IMG/VR virus record: IMGVR_UViG_3300027769_000083
Coordinates: 1-33,780 of that record
Length of the DNA stretch: 33,780 bases
From: a virus
Taxonomy: Duplodnaviria > Caudoviricetes
Direction: 5' to 3' (one strand)
Shown here piece by piece: positions 7,280 to 16,503 of the stretch. Numbering within the stretch: position 1 is the stretch's first letter; every line of letters begins with the position of its first letter. The translations under genes were made by a program, and so were the position numbers. The notes under the pieces are model-generated. The model saw only the letters and a program-made list of their open reading frames with translations, had not been told where the DNA came from and did no database searches.

Positions 7280-9160
7280 GTCGATATATACAACATTGTC
7301 TATCGTAGGAATATTCCTAAAATCAGGTATATATGGTTCTGTCAAATTAAAAAGTTCTGTTTCTAAATCAATAATTTTTTCAAAAATTCTATTCAATACC
7401 TGAGGCATTACCAATTCATTGTCATTTATCCTAGTATCAAAATTGATCAATACATTTAACTTTTCTATTTCTTCATCTAATAATGAAATATAATAATTGT
7501 ATTTTAAATCACCATACTTATCATATTTAAAATAAAATCTACCTTTCAGATTATTCTTGAGTTGTATTATATTTGAATATATTTTGAAGAATTCTTTATT
7601 AAAGACCAATGCCTGTACATTTTCGGGTATTGTCAATAAAACATCCTTGGTGCGGAAATAAGGTATTTTGGTATTTTTTAATATAGTATTGTATAATGTC
7701 TTTTCTTTAAATTGAAAGATTTGACTTTTGCCCAAAACAAATAGAGTGTCACGACCATCATTTAAATTTAATATGTCAATATCTGACAGATCAAATTTCT
7801 TTTGAATGGATCCGAACGACCATTTAGATTTTTGCTGACCCCATTTTACTGTTTGAAATTTCCAAGCATATGCAGGATCCTGTCCATATTTTGATCTTAT
7901 GAAGGTTGCAAACGTTTTGCGCGGATTGGAAAAGAATTTTTTATATATGTTTGTATTGGTTACTAAGTAAAATACATTTGAATCAGTTTGCGAAAAACAC
8001 ATTCTCTTAAATTCAAAATCTGTTTCTCTATACAATGAATCTTCGAATTCATAATCTATAAATGAAAAATCATTTTTGTATTCTCTTAGTAAAAATTTTT
8101 GATCTCCAATATCAAATAAAACATACATCGAATCATTTATTTTTCTCCACTTGATATCTTTAACAATATATGTGCTTTTATATTTGAGTGTTTTCTTGTA
8201 AACAAAATCAGAATTATAAATTTTTATAACTTTATTGCGCGAATCGTTGATAAAAATTAATCCGGGTTTTGATCCTATAATGCCACATCCATTAAATTTG
8301 TTTTTATTTTTCGAAGCACCCAATCCACCTATAGGTTTTATTAAAAATCGCTTATATTCATAAGCTAAATCACCCGTAAAGTAGGATAAAACATCATATT
8401 TAAATACCTGACCGCCACTATTAATTTGAGAATCTGTAACAAATAAGTATTTGCCATCAAAAGTCAAATCTGCTAGATTTTGACACATCTCTGATGAATT
8501 ATTATCTATAACATTTTCATACATTACAATTCCGATATTAGTAAAATTTTGATTTGATGTCAATCCAACCAAATGAGTATCTGAAATTGCTAATATTGAT
8601 GTATTATTTGTTGTTGTTTGGGGCAGCACAATAAATTTTTTTAAATTATCCAATTCGGCATATCCCGATAATGTATTTGTTGATAAAAATGGTTGATTTG
8701 AAAATGTAAATGGTCTAGTATCAGATCCATTCCTAGCTGTATGCCATGTAAATATTGTTGAATCCTTTTCGATACCTGCTACTTTTTTGTATTCGTAAGG
8801 AACATTGGTATCCCCAAAAAATAATCTTGAGTATATATAAACTAAATTTTCCTGCAAAAAAGCTAATTTAGTGTTTATAGTCGCACAGTTTACTAATTCA
8901 TTGGTATCAAATCTAATATCATTCTTTTCATGCGGTAATTTATATTCCTCTGAAATAATTCTATCGTTAAAGTAAGTAGAGGCTATTAAATCGCCCGAAT
9001 AATTATCATTTATTTCTAATAACTGCGAATCGTCAGCTCTAAATTGACCGGTATAAACAGATCCATCATTATATACGTTATAGAATCCTTTATAATTTCT
9101 TTTATTAAGAAATAAATCATCACCTTCTGTATAACCATATTTTATCTGATAAAGATCCAT
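7277..9160 (-). CDS. Virion structural protein with probable beta-propeller
   Basis: 627-aa ORF in the baseplate block with NHL/propeller-like blades 'DLTFDGKYLFVTDS', 'IFINDSRNKVIKIYN', 'DIKW....SMYVL'. Confidence 0.55.
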   Translation of the reverse strand: MDLYQIKYGYTEGDDLFLNKRNYKGFYNVYNDGSVYTGQFRADDSQLLEINDNYSGDLIASTYFNDRIISEEYKLPHEKNDIRFDTNELVNCATINTKLAFLQENLVYIYSRLFFGDTNVPYEYKKVAGIEKDSTIFTWHTARNGSDTRPFTFSNQPFLSTNTLSGYAELDNLKKFIVLPQTTTNNTSILAISDTHLVGLTSNQNFTNIGIVMYENVIDNNSSEMCQNLADLTFDGKYLFVTDSQINSGGQVFKYDVLSYFTGDLAYEYKRFLIKPIGGLGASKNKNKFNGCGIIGSKPGLIFINDSRNKVIKIYNSDFVYKKTLKYKSTYIVKDIKWRKINDSMYVLFDIGDQKFLLREYKNDFSFIDYEFEDSLYRETDFEFKRMCFSQTDSNVFYLVTNTNIYKKFFSNPRKTFATFIRSKYGQDPAYAWKFQTVKWGQQKSKWSFGSIQKKFDLSDIDILNLNDGRDTLFVLGKSQIFQFKEKTLYNTILKNTKIPYFRTKDVLLTIPENVQALVFNKEFFKIYSNIIQLKNNLKGRFYFKYDKYGDLKYNYYISLLDEEIEKLNVLINFDTRINDNELVMPQVLNRIFEKIIDLETELFNLTEPYIPDFRNIPTIDNVVYID

Positions 9161-9165
9161 TATCT

Positions 9166-10566
9166 TTATTTAATATCGGTGTTTTTAAACACTACATCAT
9201 TGATCGTTACGCCTACTGGTAAAATTTTAGCTATCTTTTCTAAGATAACATTTTTTACATTTTCTTTAATCAAATCATTATTGATATTACTATTTTTAAT
9301 AATAATGTTTACTTTGTTGCTCTTATTTCCGGGCGTGTTGACTGTGAATATCCTTTCAATTTGTTCTACTTCGTTGCGTTGACCCACAGGTAAGGATGCA
9401 ATTAAATTTGAATCACCTTGCGCTTTAATTAATAAAAACTTAATTTCATCATTAGAAATTGCTTTGTCATATAATTTAAAATTTTTGATGGAACAATTTT
9501 TTGTCATGTAGTGTTTGTTCTGTTTCAAATGTTGCGGCAGTGTAATATTATTGTAAAAATAACTAGCGCCCACAGCAAATGATTCTTGTGTAATGTCTTG
9601 GAACGCAAAATCTGCTTTAGGAAAATTTAAACTTTTAAATAAAGTACCGTCGACAAACAAATCAATCTTTCCTTTTATAGTATTCAACCGAAATACGAAA
9701 TGATGTTCACCATTTTTAAACTTACTAATGTCAATTGGTATTTCTAAGTCTAAAATATTTTTGTTATTGTAAATATTTTTTAATCTTGTCTTGAAATTAA
9801 TGATATTATTTTGTTTAAAACGATGTTTCAAATAATCATAATTTGTTAGATTATAATTAATGCGTCTAGGTGCTTCTTCACTTTCATAAACACCATAGGT
9901 ATCAATTAATGTAATATTTTCTATTGCGAGATTTTCTTGATTTATTTTAGCTAGGAAATGTTGGCCATTTTCATCATTACCCAACAAAACAGGATACACA
10001 CTTAAACCGGATTCAGTATACTCTCTAATTAAATCCAACTTAATAAATTCATAACTGCTTACGGATGAATTTATAGTGAATATTTTTTCGCGATATTTAT
10101 TGAATTTTGTGATCTTGGATTTGGCATGAATAATATAAAAATTATCTTCGTCGTCAATTATAAAATCTCTGATTTCAGAGTTTGCAACTAAAACTAAATC
10201 CTTGCTATTATGGTCTAGCCTTTCTCTCCATAACTCAGTTTTACTTTTTTTATAAAGTACATATTCATCTCTAAAAAGTTTAGCATGATATCCATCAAAA
10301 CCATATATTACTCCATTTTTTGATATTATTGATTTGCATACTACATTCACTGTTGTATCATCTTCGATTACAGATAAGGGAGTGTTAATACTGAATGAAG
10401 AAATTTCTTCTGTTTTTAGATCAACACCAAAACATTCATTGTTATCAAAAAGATAATATAAAATATCACCTTCTATATAATATGATATATAGGTTTTATC
10501 TAATGCGCCCAGAGAATCAAAAATGACTCCATTGGCATAAAATTTTGAGGTATAAGGCAATATCAT
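9166..10566 (-). CDS. Virion protein with propeller-like blades and C-terminal half of a LamG/ConA-like domain
   Basis: 'GEHHFVFRLN...IDLFVDG', 'FAVGA' and 'IKNFKLYDKAIS.DEI..L' are typical LamG C-terminal motifs; 'IRDFIIDDEDNFYII' is a blade. Confidence 0.65.
   Translation of the reverse strand: MILPYTSKFYANGVIFDSLGALDKTYISYYIEGDILYYLFDNNECFGVDLKTEEISSFSINTPLSVIEDDTTVNVVCKSIISKNGVIYGFDGYHAKLFRDEYVLYKKSKTELWRERLDHNSKDLVLVANSEIRDFIIDDEDNFYIIHAKSKITKFNKYREKIFTINSSVSSYEFIKLDLIREYTESGLSVYPVLLGNDENGQHFLAKINQENLAIENITLIDTYGVYESEEAPRRINYNLTNYDYLKHRFKQNNIINFKTRLKNIYNNKNILDLEIPIDISKFKNGEHHFVFRLNTIKGKIDLFVDGTLFKSLNFPKADFAFQDITQESFAVGASYFYNNITLPQHLKQNKHYMTKNCSIKNFKLYDKAISNDEIKFLLIKAQGDSNLIASLPVGQRNEVEQIERIFTVNTPGNKSNKVNIIIKNSNINNDLIKENVKNVILEKIAKILPVGVTINDVVFKNTDIK
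9167..9172 (-). promoter_or_regulatory. T4-type late promoter TAAATA
   Basis: TAAATA aagata ATG(9160); overlaps the end of the upstream gene. Confidence 0.5.
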
Positions 10567-10569
10567 ATA

Positions 10570-12753
10570 TTATTTTACTTTGCGTCTAGATTTAAATTTG
10601 CATTGTTCAATTTGAATTTTTTGAACCTCTGTGAAATCATCAATGAAAACTCTATTTGGAGATAAAATTCTTGATGTTGTTTTTTCATCTGTATAAAGTA
10701 TACCACATTCACTTCTTCTTATTACAGCATCATTTCTCGTGACTTCTGTGTATGTGTAATTTTTAATTGTAGGTGAAAAGAAATTCAAATGATCAGTTCT
10801 TATTACATCTTTTACAGCAAATGCTGTTACACTATATGTTTTTGTGACAGCAATATTTTCTTCATTTTTTTCTGAAGATAAGACTTGGACGTCTAATTCA
10901 TCCTGCGACAAATAAACAGCATCTATTTTTTCGAAAAATGTATTATATATATTAACAACTCTGCCTTCCTGAACCATAATAAAGGGAGTTATTTTTTCAT
11001 CTGAAAAAACACCAAAACCCCTATCATTAAATGACCCCATTATTTCATGCCCGAAACCGGCTTGCCAATCATATGAATTCATTGAATATGCCAATGTCAA
11101 TTCATTTGTGGAGTTGATTTTACGGTAATCATCAATTATAGAATATTCGTTCCCTGTAAAATTATACGTAATATCCCCGGATGCTTCATCATATATAAAT
11201 TCAAATCCATCATATCGCCTATGCGGTAAAAGCCCGTCCGAAATTAATGATGCTGATAAAGCACTTATTATTTGATCTGCATATTTTTCGCCCAATCTAT
11301 GATAGACATATTCCTGTTGGGGCATTAAAACAACATCACTTATTTTGTCAAAAAATACTTCTCCCCATATTGCGTCTTTAATTTTTTGCGGCGTGGAATT
11401 TAGCTCATCAGTAATACTAGTTTGCCAGTAAAAATTTTCATAATAAGCAGAAGCTGCTAGTGTTGTATTTAAATATTCTTCTATTTTTTCTAAAAATGTT
11501 AATCCGGGTGCAGTCGATAGTGTTGATGAGAATGGTGTTTTTTCTGGGTAATAGTATCTATCCACCCAAACAGCTCTCTGATCATCACCCGATAACCATG
11601 TACACAAATATCTTGCATTGGATACACCAGTTTTGATATCTTTGAAAAAGACTTTATCTGCATGGTAGGGCGTGTTTCCTGCTATAGCACCATTTTTAAA
11701 TAATTGCGAATCATTTATATTAAGCTGTTCAAAAGGATATGAAGTATCTGGTATTTTGAAGTGGGTGTATTTGTCAGCTTTGAATTCGTAATCGCCATTA
11801 TATGTATCATATGTCAATACTATTGAATCAAATCCCCTTTCTTGGTTTAATCCCGTATCTAATGAATTATAACTTCGTATATTAACATTGGGTATATTAG
11901 AATTTGAATTGATTAAATTATCTGCACGATAGCTATAATTTCTATTGGTGTGCTGATTTTTCAATGTCAAAAAATTAGATTCGATGTCTGACCCCGATAC
12001 ATATGTATAATTATTGTATATCAATATATTATTAGAAAGATCCTTTATAGATCTTTCTTGTCTTATCGATAAATTATTTTTGTTTATTTTTTCGTATGAA
12101 GCCCATGAAGTGTTTCCATTAAATTCAAAACCTTGCAAATAAAAATTCATTGTCCATGGGCTAGATGAATATATATTGTCAGTACACGATAATTGATCAT
12201 TTATTAGCGATACTGTTTTTATACCAGTCAATAATTTCTTTAAAATGTAAAAAACATTTTTATTTTTTATATAATTAAAAACATTGTTGCCGAATCTATA
12301 TCGCTTAGAAAAATAAAAATGATCTGATTCAAAATTTAAATAATATTTGTCAATGCCGTCTACAAAATAAATTTGACATAATTTTTCAGTCAATAAATTA
12401 ACTTCAAAAGATGTATATCTATCGGTTTTATCTGAAAATTCAGGTAACAGAGACGAAAGATTAATTTTTAAATATTTTGCATTACTAAATCTTATAGTAG
12501 AACAAAATGTTAATGGTGAATTATACTTTATACTAGCCAATTCAAAAATATCATCATTTTTTATACTATCGGTCAATACAAAATTAGAATAATTATTAAT
12601 ACTCTGATCTTTTATTTTTTTTAAATATTCTTCATCACGAAAATAAAATCCGTCATGTGTGACAATTTTCTTAGATTTGAACGTTAAATTTTCATCACCT
12701 ATATATTTGGTGTGTAAAGGTTCTAATATTTCATTTTGATGAAAAATGCGCAC
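10570..12753 (-). CDS. Large virion (baseplate-periphery) protein with N-terminal half of a LamG-like domain
   Basis: GTG start 5 nt after TAAATA. 'YNFTGNEY...ELTLAYSM...W...EIMG...GFGVF' resembles the LamG N-terminal strands. Confidence 0.55.
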   Translation of the reverse strand: MRIFHQNEILEPLHTKYIGDENLTFKSKKIVTHDGFYFRDEEYLKKIKDQSINNYSNFVLTDSIKNDDIFELASIKYNSPLTFCSTIRFSNAKYLKINLSSLLPEFSDKTDRYTSFEVNLLTEKLCQIYFVDGIDKYYLNFESDHFYFSKRYRFGNNVFNYIKNKNVFYILKKLLTGIKTVSLINDQLSCTDNIYSSSPWTMNFYLQGFEFNGNTSWASYEKINKNNLSIRQERSIKDLSNNILIYNNYTYVSGSDIESNFLTLKNQHTNRNYSYRADNLINSNSNIPNVNIRSYNSLDTGLNQERGFDSIVLTYDTYNGDYEFKADKYTHFKIPDTSYPFEQLNINDSQLFKNGAIAGNTPYHADKVFFKDIKTGVSNARYLCTWLSGDDQRAVWVDRYYYPEKTPFSSTLSTAPGLTFLEKIEEYLNTTLAASAYYENFYWQTSITDELNSTPQKIKDAIWGEVFFDKISDVVLMPQQEYVYHRLGEKYADQIISALSASLISDGLLPHRRYDGFEFIYDEASGDITYNFTGNEYSIIDDYRKINSTNELTLAYSMNSYDWQAGFGHEIMGSFNDRGFGVFSDEKITPFIMVQEGRVVNIYNTFFEKIDAVYLSQDELDVQVLSSEKNEENIAVTKTYSVTAFAVKDVIRTDHLNFFSPTIKNYTYTEVTRNDAVIRRSECGILYTDEKTTSRILSPNRVFIDDFTEVQKIQIEQCKFKSRRKVK

Positions 12754-12758
12754 ACAAG

Positions 12759-12764
12759 TATTTA
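12759..12764 (-). promoter_or_regulatory. T4-type late promoter TAAATA
   Basis: TAAATA cttgt GTG(12753), in an intergenic gap. Confidence 0.7.
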
Positions 12765-12790
12765 ATCGCGCGAGAAAAAATTACTTATGA

Positions 12791-13201
12791 TCAAGGCAGT
12801 TCATATAGACGCAGAGCATAATTTTTAGATGAACCACCTATATTAACACTAATTTCAACAAACTGCCCGCCCGCTGTAATTGGATCTGAATAAGTAATTA
12901 AATTGCCTGATAAGGTAGCAGCTGCAGCACCAATAAAACTCAGCACACCAGTATCTAATTGATTGATCCCGATACCACCATCTTTTACCTTAAATTCATT
13001 TGCAGATAGTGTTAGGGTAACTTCATCTGCGGTATATGTATTAGCTGTTATGACTTGTGTAATTTCATTGATAAAATAATCTTTGATTATTACTCCCTGA
13101 GCTGCAGCAGTATAATTTTGTTTTTCAACAATAATCAAATCAGAATCTGCAATTTCATCTGTTAAAGGCAAATTTTTTATTTCTACTGATGACAAACTCA
13201 T
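12791..13201 (-). CDS. Small fibre-like virion protein
   Basis: N-terminal 'EIKNLP....DSDLIIVE' fibre-type motif, plus 'ADEVTL.....FKVKDGGI', which is shared with the 5600-6664 fibre. Confidence 0.55.
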   Translation of the reverse strand: MSLSSVEIKNLPLTDEIADSDLIIVEKQNYTAAAQGVIIKDYFINEITQVITANTYTADEVTLTLSANEFKVKDGGIGINQLDTGVLSFIGAAAATLSGNLITYSDPITAGGQFVEISVNIGGSSKNYALRLYELP

Positions 13202-13206
13202 GATCT

Positions 13207-13212
13207 TATTTA
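13207..13212 (-). promoter_or_regulatory. T4-type late promoter TAAATA
   Basis: TAAATA agatc ATG(13201), intergenic. Confidence 0.7.
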
Positions 13213-13214
13213 GG

Positions 13215-13817
13215 TTATGTGTTCACTTCAATGAATTCGTTGAATTCAGTTAAGAGATCTGCTGGTGGATATCCAGTAGCAGTAGATAATAGTGCGGTAA
13301 TAATAGGCGTAGGTGCAATAGTAGCTGGATCTTGTTCTGATAATAATTTTCTGTATGTGATTACATTGGATCCAGATCGAAAATTAAAATACTGGTCTTT
13401 ATTATTTTTCATCACAAAAAATAAATCATCATTTTCAATAGTATCTAAAAATTGTGCACTTTGTACAGAAGCCCCATCTAATCCCTCTAAAATAGACGGC
13501 AATGAAAATATTATCGGAAATTGATATTCATACGTATTGAAATTACTATAAAAAAGTTTTATGATGACAATATCATTAGCTTCATATTCAAAAGGTTTTT
13601 CTCTTCTTAAGGTGAAGTTTGTAGGAATTTCATTAAATTCAAAAATTCTAATTTTCGAATCAAAAGTTATTTTCATCTTCACTAAATCAATTCCGGTATA
13701 TGGTATAAAATTGAAATTAAAAATTAATTCTGGATTATTTAAAATTTTTACATTCTGTACTTCTGTACCACTAAGTCCATTTAAATTTGCTGTTATATAA
13801 TAAGAATTATAATTCAT
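13215..13817 (-). CDS. Hypothetical virion protein
   Basis: 200-aa ORF co-oriented in the structural block, overlapping the upstream gene by 11 nt; ends in an 'LLTE....I' motif seen in phage structural proteins. Confidence 0.5.
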   Translation of the reverse strand: MNYNSYYITANLNGLSGTEVQNVKILNNPELIFNFNFIPYTGIDLVKMKITFDSKIRIFEFNEIPTNFTLRREKPFEYEANDIVIIKLFYSNFNTYEYQFPIIFSLPSILEGLDGASVQSAQFLDTIENDDLFFVMKNNKDQYFNFRSGSNVITYRKLLSEQDPATIAPTPIITALLSTATGYPPADLLTEFNEFIEVNT

Positions 13818-16485
13818 AGAATTCTAGTGAATTTTCAGTTGTATTTTTATCAATTACACTGAGTGAATTGATTGGATTGAAATTGAATAAAGAAATATAT
13901 TCATCATTATATATGTCTATTGTTTTATATGTGTTTTGAGCCATTAAACAAATTAAGTTCACATTTAAAATAGTGGCATCAATACTATTAAATCTAAAAA
14001 ATATTTGGTATATATATGGTATATTATTGTTGTCAAATAAAGTAGATGATATTGCCCAAATTTTATTTCTGCTATTATATGTTAAAATTGGATTTGATAT
14101 TCTCGTAAAAATAACTGGTAAACTATTTGTAAAAATATCAGAAGATAATCCCTCATTTAAACTGTAATTAATTTTTTCAACTTGGGCATTATTATAATTT
14201 ACTTTATATAATGTTGGTATAATATTACTTTGAGTAATGTGAGATCCCGAAATTTCTACTGTACATAACATTGAATAATTCTTATCTTCCATGAAAAATG
14301 GTTCAGATAAATTACCGCTTAAAATATTTGAAGGCGTGTTTGTAGTATTGAAATTGCCATCAAATTTATATTTTTCAAAGATTGCATAATTTTTAGTTTT
14401 GATGTAAATTAAATCGGCAAATATATTAAAATCTTCAATAGAATATATTAGTTCAGAAGATAATTGTGTGTGATAATTATATTTTTTTAATATATTGTAA
14501 AATGATGTATTAAAATTTGCAATTGAATTATCTTTTATATTTTTTATATAAATTTCTTTTCCTGTTATTGGATTTACCGTATTTGTTTGTGTGATTCTAT
14601 CTGGCATCACTTCTTTCAAATAAACATTTTTTATGCTGTTAAATTCTTCATATATTTCATTCTGAATAAAATTACCGCCATCTAAATCAGCAAATTTAAT
14701 AGACGATAAAATATAATTATAATTAAATGAACCGTTAAGTGTGAATTGCGGCCGGAACATTATCCCTGAACCTATACCACCGATACCCGCATCTAAGGCA
14801 ATATTATAATAATAATTTGAATTCAAAATATATCCCGGCCATGAATTACTATCTGTTGAACAAAGTGCAGGTAGTTGCGTATTATCATCAAATAGCATTA
14901 CACCACCATCATATATTCTATATGATGTCAAGGCTTCATACAAATTAGATCTAACATCTACATATGTTTTGAAATTAGTCGGTTGTAGTAATACAAATTC
15001 ATTTCCATATACATCACTATTCCATCTAGCAATTGTTCCTTTATTTGTTAATGAAGAGAAATTTTTTGTCAATCCTCTCTCATTTAATATTTTAGAATTT
15101 GCTAATTGATTTTTAGCTATATATCCGAAGAAATTTTGTTCTGATGGATTTGTAAAAATATCACCGGCTGCAAATCCGTTAGATATATTCTTAATAACAG
15201 GTGAATAATCCTGTGAATGAATTAAAGGATATTCATTGAAATAATTATTAGTCAATCCAGCCGTGTTCCCGTATCTATTGGGATCTGGATATATGTAAAG
15301 TTTATTTGGCTCTAATTTAGAATAATCTATTTCAAAATGATTCTTAGGAACAGAAAAATACAATAATCCGGTTTTTTCAGGTTTGAAAAACAACCCTAAC
15401 TTTCTCAAAGTTATTAATTCAGAGTCCTCTTCAATAGTAGCTGTACTCGGAAAGTGCCTATTTAACAAATTTCCCGATGGGTTATAGGCTTCAAATAATT
15501 TGCCGGTTGTTATATCTGTGATATTATCACCTGTTTTTATATAATAAAAATCCGAACCAATAAATTTTTTAATTAATTCACTTTTTAATTCTAGGATATT
15601 TTCTGCATATCCTTTATATTTGTTTATTAAATCATAAAGTTTGTCCCCGGTTCTACAATTTAAATCAACTTTTGTTATGTCGTAATTAATAGTGAATACT
15701 CTTCCTGTTTCTTTTAGAAAAATTGACAATATTTCAAATATATATTTTCTTGTAGCGGCATCAAAATCTAAAAATAAATTTCCATCAATATCATTACTAT
15801 TAGCTTTGAATAATATTTTTCTCAATTCACTTTTTGTATTATAACTTTCATAAGTTAAAGACGGGTCATTATCTAAGTAAGTTGTATACAAATCAAATAA
15901 TTCTTCTATCTCTATATCTAAATTATTAATTATTTCATTAATTTCTAACTTAGGAAAATTATAATTTAAATTATCATCATCTCCCACAAAAACATAATCA
16001 GTTAGTGAATCATGGATAGCATGCTCAACAGAATTTTTTGTTCCCCTTTCTTGATTTTTATTTGCAGCTTGTTTTGTTTTTTCTCTTTTTTCAGTATGAT
16101 ATTTGCAAATGTCTATTATCTTTTTTGAATAAAGAGGCAATATAATATCTAGGTCTTGCGGATCATTAAAATCTGCTAATTTTAAAAATCTCTTTTCCTC
16201 AAATGAAAGATAATTCAAACTAATATCTTTCAATAATTCAATATACCTATCTCTTACTAATTGTATTCTTTCAGAAGCACTACTTTTTTTAACTTCTGAC
16301 CATACATTTAAATAATTTTTGTAAGCAGCATTGTATTGTTGAGGTGTTAATTTGGATTCTAGATTTTGCAAAAAATCATAGAACGAAAATACTTCTCTAA
16401 AGTCTTTGGATAACGCATCATTTACCCTATTTGTTGTAATAGAATTTTTAGGCAGCGGTAATTGATCGTATAAACCCGTAGACAC
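13807..16485 (-). CDS. Large baseplate-periphery structural protein
   Basis: 892 aa, GTG start 5 nt after TAAATA. Helical N-terminal third, beta-rich C-terminus, with recurring D[GA]G motifs. Confidence 0.55.
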   Translation of the reverse strand: MSTGLYDQLPLPKNSITTNRVNDALSKDFREVFSFYDFLQNLESKLTPQQYNAAYKNYLNVWSEVKKSSASERIQLVRDRYIELLKDISLNYLSFEEKRFLKLADFNDPQDLDIILPLYSKKIIDICKYHTEKREKTKQAANKNQERGTKNSVEHAIHDSLTDYVFVGDDDNLNYNFPKLEINEIINNLDIEIEELFDLYTTYLDNDPSLTYESYNTKSELRKILFKANSNDIDGNLFLDFDAATRKYIFEILSIFLKETGRVFTINYDITKVDLNCRTGDKLYDLINKYKGYAENILELKSELIKKFIGSDFYYIKTGDNITDITTGKLFEAYNPSGNLLNRHFPSTATIEEDSELITLRKLGLFFKPEKTGLLYFSVPKNHFEIDYSKLEPNKLYIYPDPNRYGNTAGLTNNYFNEYPLIHSQDYSPVIKNISNGFAAGDIFTNPSEQNFFGYIAKNQLANSKILNERGLTKNFSSLTNKGTIARWNSDVYGNEFVLLQPTNFKTYVDVRSNLYEALTSYRIYDGGVMLFDDNTQLPALCSTDSNSWPGYILNSNYYYNIALDAGIGGIGSGIMFRPQFTLNGSFNYNYILSSIKFADLDGGNFIQNEIYEEFNSIKNVYLKEVMPDRITQTNTVNPITGKEIYIKNIKDNSIANFNTSFYNILKKYNYHTQLSSELIYSIEDFNIFADLIYIKTKNYAIFEKYKFDGNFNTTNTPSNILSGNLSEPFFMEDKNYSMLCTVEISGSHITQSNIIPTLYKVNYNNAQVEKINYSLNEGLSSDIFTNSLPVIFTRISNPILTYNSRNKIWAISSTLFDNNNIPYIYQIFFRFNSIDATILNVNLICLMAQNTYKTIDIYNDEYISLFNFNPINSLSVIDKNTTENSLEFYEL

Positions 16486-16490
16486 AAAAA

Positions 16491-16496
16491 TATTTA
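16491..16496 (-). promoter_or_regulatory. T4-type late promoter TAAATA
   Basis: TAAATA ttttt GTG(16485), intergenic. Confidence 0.7.
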
Positions 16497-16503
16497 GAGC
16501 ATT

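Noticed and set aside
12766-12773. GC-rich palindrome TCGCGCGA just upstream of a late promoter
   Set aside because: Single 8-bp occurrence with no loop or adjoining U-tract in terminator geometry; not repeated at other promoters.
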